This document shows positions 59,138-64,000 of a stretch of 64,000 nt of DNA, one piece after another. A model generated the notes under the pieces. The model made no database searches and was not told where the DNA came from. It worked only from the letters and a program-made list of their open reading frames with translations. Where the stretch lies: contig JBILLS010000002.1 in assembly GCA_044375955.1 (NCBI GenBank), positions 86,025 through 150,024 on the forward strand. Reading direction: 5' to 3'. The translations under genes were made by a program, and so were the position numbers. Each line of letters opens with the position of its first letter. Position 1 is the stretch's first letter. Source of the stretch: Candidatus Nanopelagicales bacterium. GTDB lineage: Bacteria; Actinomycetota; Actinomycetes; S36-B12.

Positions 59138-59896
59138 GTGACCCATTGGGTGGAGCGCATTGAGGCACGTGAGGCTTTTGACGCCGCACGTGCCGAGGTG
59201 GATGCCGTTCTCTGGGATCGACGGGTACGCGCCGCCGCTGTGGAGGTCGCGGCATCCTCGCGGGAGCGTGGCGCCCGGGACTCCGCGGTCATCGAGGGAG
59301 CCGATCTCGCTTTCGACGATGACTCACCGATGGGTCGCGTGGTTGCCGCCGCGCACGCGGTCACCGATGCGGTGACCGGTCAACTTCCCACCTGGTCACG
59401 CGCTCCGCTGCAAGTCCTCGCGCATCTGCACACGCTCGTTGTCGCCAGCCTCGGGGCGGGTGATCCCGGGCGCCCGCGCACCGACGATGCCGCGGAGGAC
59501 CCGCTCGGCATCGGGGGAGTCCCCCCGTCGGCGACGGTGGGTCCGCGGCTGCAGGATCTGTCCCGCGTGATCGCACGCGGTGAGCAACTCCCCGCATTGG
59601 CGGTTGCTGCGATCGTGCATGGTGAAGTGATGCACCTGCGGCCTTTCGCATCCGGATCGGGACTGCTCGCACGCGCATGCATCCGATTGGTCATGGCCGA
59701 TCGGGGAGTCGATCCATCCCTGTTCACTGTTCCCGAGTTGGGTATCCAGGAGCAGGGGCGACCGGCCTACGTGTCCGCCATCCGCGACTACGCCTCGGGT
59801 GATCCCGAGCGGGGTGTGGCGTACGCGCGGTGGTTTGCCACATCGATCGCGCTAGGCGCGCAGGCTGCGACGGCGGGCGTACCAGGTCAGTCCTAG
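59138..59896 (+). CDS. Fic/DOC-fold-like protein with degenerate active-site motif
   Basis: 252-aa ORF. HGEVMHLRPFASGSGLLARA aligns to the Fic motif HPFxxGNGRxxR, with His, Asn and the first Arg replaced. Confidence 0.45.
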   Translation: MTHWVERIEAREAFDAARAEVDAVLWDRRVRAAAVEVAASSRERGARDSAVIEGADLAFDDDSPMGRVVAAAHAVTDAVTGQLPTWSRAPLQVLAHLHTLVVASLGAGDPGRPRTDDAAEDPLGIGGVPPSATVGPRLQDLSRVIARGEQLPALAVAAIVHGEVMHLRPFASGSGLLARACIRLVMADRGVDPSLFTVPELGIQEQGRPAYVSAIRDYASGDPERGVAYARWFATSIALGAQAATAGVPGQS

Positions 59897-60634
59897 AGCC
59901 ACCGCTCCGAGCGCCACCCCCGCACCGGCTGCGACCGCTTGGTTTCGCTGAGCGCGTTGCTTAAGGGCGACCGGCTTTGCGAAGTCGTGGATGCGCCACC
60001 CCTCATTCACGGCGACCTCGCGAAGCTCGTCATCGGGATTCACCGCGGTCGGATGCCCCACCAGGTGCAGCATCGGCAGGTCTGTGACGGAATCCGTATA
60101 GGCGTAGCAGGCGGCGAGGTCGTAGCCACGTTCCTCGGACAGTGTGCGGATCGCATCGGCCTTACCTTCGCCATAGGCGTAGAACACGATCTCTCCCGTG
60201 TAGCGACCGTCCTCGATCCCCACCTGCGTTCCGATCGCCAGGTCCGCGCCGAGCCTGGCACCGATCGGTTCGACGACGTCGGTTCCCGAGGACGACACGA
60301 TGATGACGTCGTGTCCGGCTGCTTTGTGTGACTCGATCAATTCCAGTGCCTCGAAGTACACAACCGGATCGATGATCTCATCGAGAGTCTCGTTGACGAT
60401 GCGCTGGACCGTGGCGACATCCCATCCGCGGATGAGTGAGGACATGTAGTCGCGCATGGTCTCCATCTGATCATGGCTGACGCCCGACGCTCGGAACATG
60501 AACTGCGCGTAGGCGCTGCGGATGACATCGCTGGCACCGATTAGGCCCTCCTTGTGGAACGGGCGCGCGAAAGCGAAGGAACTCGACGTGGCCAGGATCG
60601 TCTTGTCAAGATCGAAGAAGGCTGCGGTGGACAC
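59852..60634 (-). CDS. HAD-IB family hydrolase (SerB-like) with C-terminal TM helix
   Basis: 260-aa ORF with motif I FFDLDKTIL, motif II VSSSG and motif IV AYTDSVTDLP. It overlaps the convergent Fic-like gene by 45 nt. Confidence 0.75.
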   Translation of the reverse strand: MSTAAFFDLDKTILATSSSFAFARPFHKEGLIGASDVIRSAYAQFMFRASGVSHDQMETMRDYMSSLIRGWDVATVQRIVNETLDEIIDPVVYFEALELIESHKAAGHDVIIVSSSGTDVVEPIGARLGADLAIGTQVGIEDGRYTGEIVFYAYGEGKADAIRTLSEERGYDLAACYAYTDSVTDLPMLHLVGHPTAVNPDDELREVAVNEGWRIHDFAKPVALKQRAQRNQAVAAGAGVALGAVALGLTWYARRRSLRA

Positions 60635-60715
60635 GGGACAACGGTACGTCAGCGCTTATCCACAATGCACGATCACGGTCTTCCGTTCACGGGCATTTCG
60701 CCGAAGGCTTGACGA

Positions 60716-61741
60716 ATGGCGACCCTGACTCGTCCTCTCCTGATCACCGAGGACTCCGAGGTGATCGACACGGTCGTGCGCATCGCCGCGGCTCGTGCAG
60801 GTGAGGTGCTGGTGTGTGCGGAGCAGACCGCGGTCCGGGGTGCGTGGATGCACGCCCCACTCGTTCTGGTCGGCGCCGATTGTGCGGCGGAGGTGATCAG
60901 TCGCGGATTGCCCAATCGTGGACGCATCGTGGTGGTCACGTGCACGGATGACCGGGTGGTGTGGGAGCAGGCGGTCCGCCTGCGCGCTGAGCATGTGGTG
61001 CGCCTACCCGACGGGGAGCGCTGGCTCGCCGATGCCCTGGCGGACTGTGCCGAGGGACCACCCCGGGACGGGTGCGTCCTCGCCGTCGTCGGCGGTGCGG
61101 GAGGCGTGGGCGCCTCCACCTTCGCGGCCACCCTCGCGCTGACCGCGGCGCAGGACGGACGCAGATCGCTCTTGATCGACGGGGATCCCCTCGGTGGCGG
61201 CCTCGACCTCCTGCTCGGGGTGGAGGAGGCCGCGGGTGCCCGGTGGTCCGCGATCGACCCGGGTCCGGGTCGCCTGTCGCCCGCCCAACTCGATGCCGCG
61301 CTACCCCACGTCGGATCGGTAGCCCTCTTGTCCGCGGATTCCCCGCGCGCCGCGGAGGCGCCCGTCGTCGCTTCGGTGGTCGATGCGGGACGGCGCGGAT
61401 TCGACGCCGTGGTCATCGACTGTCCACCACCGGGTGATGCGCACATCGGCACGTGGGTGGCGGTGGCCGATCGCGTGATCGTCATCGCCAGTGCACACGT
61501 GCACGGTGCATCAGCCACCGCGCGGGTCCTGCAGCGTCTCGCGGGACTCGGGGTGCACCCCGAGGTGGTGGTGGCCGAGCGCGCGAAGGGGGTGCCGTCG
61601 GAGGAGGTGGCATCCGCCCTCGGGATCACCGCACGGGCGTCGATTCCCTTCATCCCCTCCATGGCGGGCCGGGCAGACGAGGGCGACGTTCCGGTGATCA
61701 CCTCCGCGTACGCGCGCGAATGCCGGCTGGTCCTGTCATGA
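60716..61741 (+). CDS. ssd: Ssd / TadZ(CpaE)-like septum-site-determining ATPase of the Tad-type locus
   Basis: 341-aa ORF with an N-terminal receiver-like domain lacking the phospho-Asp context, and a deviant P-loop VGGAGGVGAST. Its position before the CpaF-like ATPase matches Rv3660c. Confidence 0.7.
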   Translation: MATLTRPLLITEDSEVIDTVVRIAAARAGEVLVCAEQTAVRGAWMHAPLVLVGADCAAEVISRGLPNRGRIVVVTCTDDRVVWEQAVRLRAEHVVRLPDGERWLADALADCAEGPPRDGCVLAVVGGAGGVGASTFAATLALTAAQDGRRSLLIDGDPLGGGLDLLLGVEEAAGARWSAIDPGPGRLSPAQLDAALPHVGSVALLSADSPRAAEAPVVASVVDAGRRGFDAVVIDCPPPGDAHIGTWVAVADRVIVIASAHVHGASATARVLQRLAGLGVHPEVVVAERAKGVPSEEVASALGITARASIPFIPSMAGRADEGDVPVITSAYARECRLVLS

Positions 61742-62862
61742 CGTTGCTCGATCGCGTGCGCACGCGACTCATCGCGGAGCAGCAGCAGGCGGGTGTGGTC
61801 GAGGTCGCCGCCGCGCTGCGCGCGGAAGGTGTTGTGCTCGCCGACCATGCTCTGGGGGTTCTCGTCGAGGACGTGCGTCGCGAACTCGCCGGTGCCGGTC
61901 CGCTGGAGGACCTCCTCGCCGATCCACGGGTGACCGACGTGCTCGTGAACTCTCCGGACGAGGTCTATGTCGACCGGGGAGCTGGCCTGGAGCGGGTGCA
62001 CGTCGATTTCGGGAGCGAGGAGCGGGTGCGCGCACTCGCGCAGCGCCTGGCATCGCGGGCCGGTCGAAGACTCGACGACGCATCACCACATGTCGACGCG
62101 CGTCTCCCCGAGGGGGGTCGATTGCACTGCGTCCTCTCTCCGATCGCTACGGACGGGACCTGCATCTCCATCCGCCTGCCCCGCGCCCACGCCATCACCG
62201 TGGATCTGCTGGTGTCCCATGGATCCATCGACGCTGCGGGTGCAGATCTGCTCCGCGCGCTCGTGCACAACCGGCGCGCATGTGTGGTGACCGGCGGCAC
62301 CGGATCCGGGAAAACAACTGTCTTGAACTCGTTGCTGGGCGAAGTAGCCCCCGAGGAACGGATCGTCATCGCGGAGGACTCCGTCGAATTGGCCCCACGT
62401 CACCCGCACGTGGTGCGTCTGCAATCCCGGATGCCGAACATCGAGGGAGCGGGAGCGATCACTTTGCGCGATCTCGTCCGTCAGACCCTGCGCATGCGGC
62501 CGGATCGGATCGTTCTCGGTGAGGTACGCGGCAACGAGATCATCGATCTCTTGACGGCGATGAACACCGGCCACGAGGGTAGCTGGGCGACCATCCATGC
62601 GAATGCCGCCGTTGATCTCCCCGCGCGGGTGGAGGCGCTGGGTCTGCTGGCGGGGGTGCCACGTCAGGCGATGCATGCCCTGTTGGCTTCTGCGGTCGAT
62701 GCCGTCGTGCACGTGCAACGCCTGCGCGACGGACGACGCATTGTCAGTGGCATTCACGTCCTGGATCTCGAGGCTGATGGACTCGTCCGTGCCCTTCCGG
62801 CATTCACCTACGACGGCAGGGAGTCCGTACGTGCCGAAGCGTGGGACATGTTGTGCGCCTGA
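61738..62862 (+). CDS. TadA/CpaF-family secretion ATPase
   Basis: Start at MTLLDRVRTRL (ATG 61738, ATGA overlap). Walker A GGTGSGKTT, Asp box, Walker B RIVLGEVRG, His box. Confidence 0.85.
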   Translation: MTLLDRVRTRLIAEQQQAGVVEVAAALRAEGVVLADHALGVLVEDVRRELAGAGPLEDLLADPRVTDVLVNSPDEVYVDRGAGLERVHVDFGSEERVRALAQRLASRAGRRLDDASPHVDARLPEGGRLHCVLSPIATDGTCISIRLPRAHAITVDLLVSHGSIDAAGADLLRALVHNRRACVVTGGTGSGKTTVLNSLLGEVAPEERIVIAEDSVELAPRHPHVVRLQSRMPNIEGAGAITLRDLVRQTLRMRPDRIVLGEVRGNEIIDLLTAMNTGHEGSWATIHANAAVDLPARVEALGLLAGVPRQAMHALLASAVDAVVHVQRLRDGRRIVSGIHVLDLEADGLVRALPAFTYDGRESVRAEAWDMLCA

Positions 62863-63503
62863 TCATCGTCTCCGCGGGCTTTACCGCAGTCGCCGTCGCG
62901 CTGTGGCTGCAGCCGTCGGCGGTGCGTCGGCTGCGGCGCGAACACCGTGGACCCGACCTCCTCGCCTGGGCGCGCCGATTCCTGCGCCCGACCCCCGGAC
63001 CGGACGCGCGTGTCATGGCCGTGACCGGATTGGCCGCCGAACTTCGTGCAGGCCGATCCCCGGAGCGAGCGCTCGTGGCGGTGGCGCAGGACGTGTGGCC
63101 GCGCACCTGTGCCGTGGCTTCCTGGGGTGGTGATGTCGTCGGGGCCCTGCGCGCAGAGGACGACCACATCGCGGCGCACCTCGCCGCCTGCTGGCAGATC
63201 GGCAGCGCCACCGGCTCACGCCTCTCGGACATCATCGAGAACCTCGCTCGCGCAGAGCGCGATGCCGCCGAAGCCCGCGTCGAACTTCGTGCCTCACTCG
63301 CCGGGCCAAGGGCCACCGCACGGATGCTGGCCCTGCTCCCACTCCTCGGCGTCGGACTCGGCTACCTGCTCGGGGCAGATCCGATCACCTGGTTCGTCAC
63401 CGACCCCCTGGGCCCACCGATGCTCATCGTCGGCGCGCTCCTTACCGGCGCTGGGGTGGTGTGGACCCGTCGGATCACGGGGCAGGTCGAGTCCGCACTG
63501 TGA
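62841..63503 (+). CDS. TadB-like type II secretion system F-family membrane protein
   Basis: 220-aa ORF with an N-terminal TM, a cytoplasmic helical T2SSF-like segment (ELRAGRSPERAL...IGSATGSRLSDII) and C-terminal TM helices. The alternative start is GTG 62853. Confidence 0.6.
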   Translation: MGHVVRLIIVSAGFTAVAVALWLQPSAVRRLRREHRGPDLLAWARRFLRPTPGPDARVMAVTGLAAELRAGRSPERALVAVAQDVWPRTCAVASWGGDVVGALRAEDDHIAAHLAACWQIGSATGSRLSDIIENLARAERDAAEARVELRASLAGPRATARMLALLPLLGVGLGYLLGADPITWFVTDPLGPPMLIVGALLTGAGVVWTRRITGQVESAL

Positions 63504-64000
63504 TCGCCCTCGCCATGGTGTGCGCGGCTGCGTCCGCGTGGCTGTGGCTACCCGGTGACCCGGTTTCTCGTTTGCGGCGCACGCTGGGGAGTCCGGCGCG
63601 CACCCGGCCGCGGCTGGACCATCTCTCACCGCGTCAGATCACCGCGCTCGCTGTCACGGTGGGTGCCCTCCTCATGATCGTGTTCGGTGGAGTGCTGGGT
63701 GTTCTCTTCGGCGCCGCCGTCGCAGTGATGATCGTGGTCGTGACGCGCCGCCACGGTCACCGTGACGCACGGGTGACCGATCTAGCCCTGACCCGCCAAG
63801 CACCGGTCGTGGCCGAATTACTCGGTGCGATCGTGGGGGCGGGGGCGTCGATCGTTCATGCGGTGGACGCCGTGGAGTCGGCCGTGTCCTCGCCGGCGAG
63901 TGACCACCTCGGTGCTGTGCGTGCGGCACTTCAACTGGGTGCATCACCGCAGGAGGCCTGGTCGCACGTGCCAGCGCCACTCCAACCCATCGCGCGCGCT
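63500..64000 (+). CDS. TadC-like type II secretion system F-family membrane protein (5' part; runs off right edge)
   Basis: Own translation from GTG 63500 (GTGA overlap with the tadB stop): VIALAMVCAAASAWLWLPGDPVSRLRR...APVVAELLGAIVGAGASIVHAVDAVESAV...LQLGASPQEAW. No stop occurs before the window end, and the ORF is not in the track. Confidence 0.5.
   Translation, partial: MIALAMVCAAASAWLWLPGDPVSRLRRTLGSPARTRPRLDHLSPRQITALAVTVGALLMIVFGGVLGVLFGAAVAVMIVVVTRRHGHRDARVTDLALTRQAPVVAELLGAIVGAGASIVHAVDAVESAVSSPASDHLGAVRAALQLGASPQEAWSHVPAPLQPIARA

Noticed and set aside
60673-62001. 442-aa minus-strand ORF
   Set aside because: It lies antisense to ssd and the CpaF-like ATPase and is extremely Arg/Ala/Ser/Pro-rich with no motifs. 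It is a shadow ORF.

Overview
High-GC actinobacterial chromosome segment whose gene content and order look like Micrococcales/Corynebacteriales core genome. It is very densely packed: about 75 protein-coding genes, six tRNAs (Ser-TGA, Ser-GCT, Arg-ACG, Ser-CGA, Ser-GGA, Pro-CGG) and the SRP (4.5S) RNA. From about 34 kb rightwards the order is upp / tadA / two tRNA-Ser / ffs / dnaX-recR / ask-asd / metallophosphoesterase / ponA-whiB-two ArsA-like ATPases / DUF4177-RidA-NUDIX-MBL / crp / TlpA-NUDIX-MarP / alpha-beta hydrolase / nhaA / acs / HAD / ssd-tadA-tadB-tadC. As I remember it, this mirrors the M. tuberculosis Rv3721c-Rv3654c region. The left half carries a two-component system divergent from a tightly packed seven-gene redox/ion cluster, a LacI-controlled sugar ABC transporter with cyclitol-type dehydrogenases, pntAA-AB-B, and several small secreted-protein genes. 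I saw no IS element, integrase, prophage, CRISPR array, toxin-antitoxin pair or recognisable defence gene. I did not find a convincing wholly new multi-gene system. The most unusual items are: (i) the PepSY / coiled-coil / ApbE / bis-heme ferric-reductase-domain / degenerate MoeA / RCK K+ channel / Qor cluster, which has no recognisable flavinylation substrate; (ii) a 34-bp tandem repeat array that contains the stop codons of two convergent genes; (iii) a low-GC Cys-rich lipoprotein next to a secreted SNase-LTD-LTD nuclease directly after tRNA-Arg; (iv) a DsbB-like gene coupled to an untracked 49-codon membrane ORF; (v) an orphan Sulfotransfer_2-like gene wedged between asd and tRNA-Pro; (vi) a Fic-like protein with a degenerate motif. 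All calls come from reading ORF translations, my own translation of open-ended frames, and remembered motifs. No database search or RNA folding was possible. Start codons are often my choice among alternatives.
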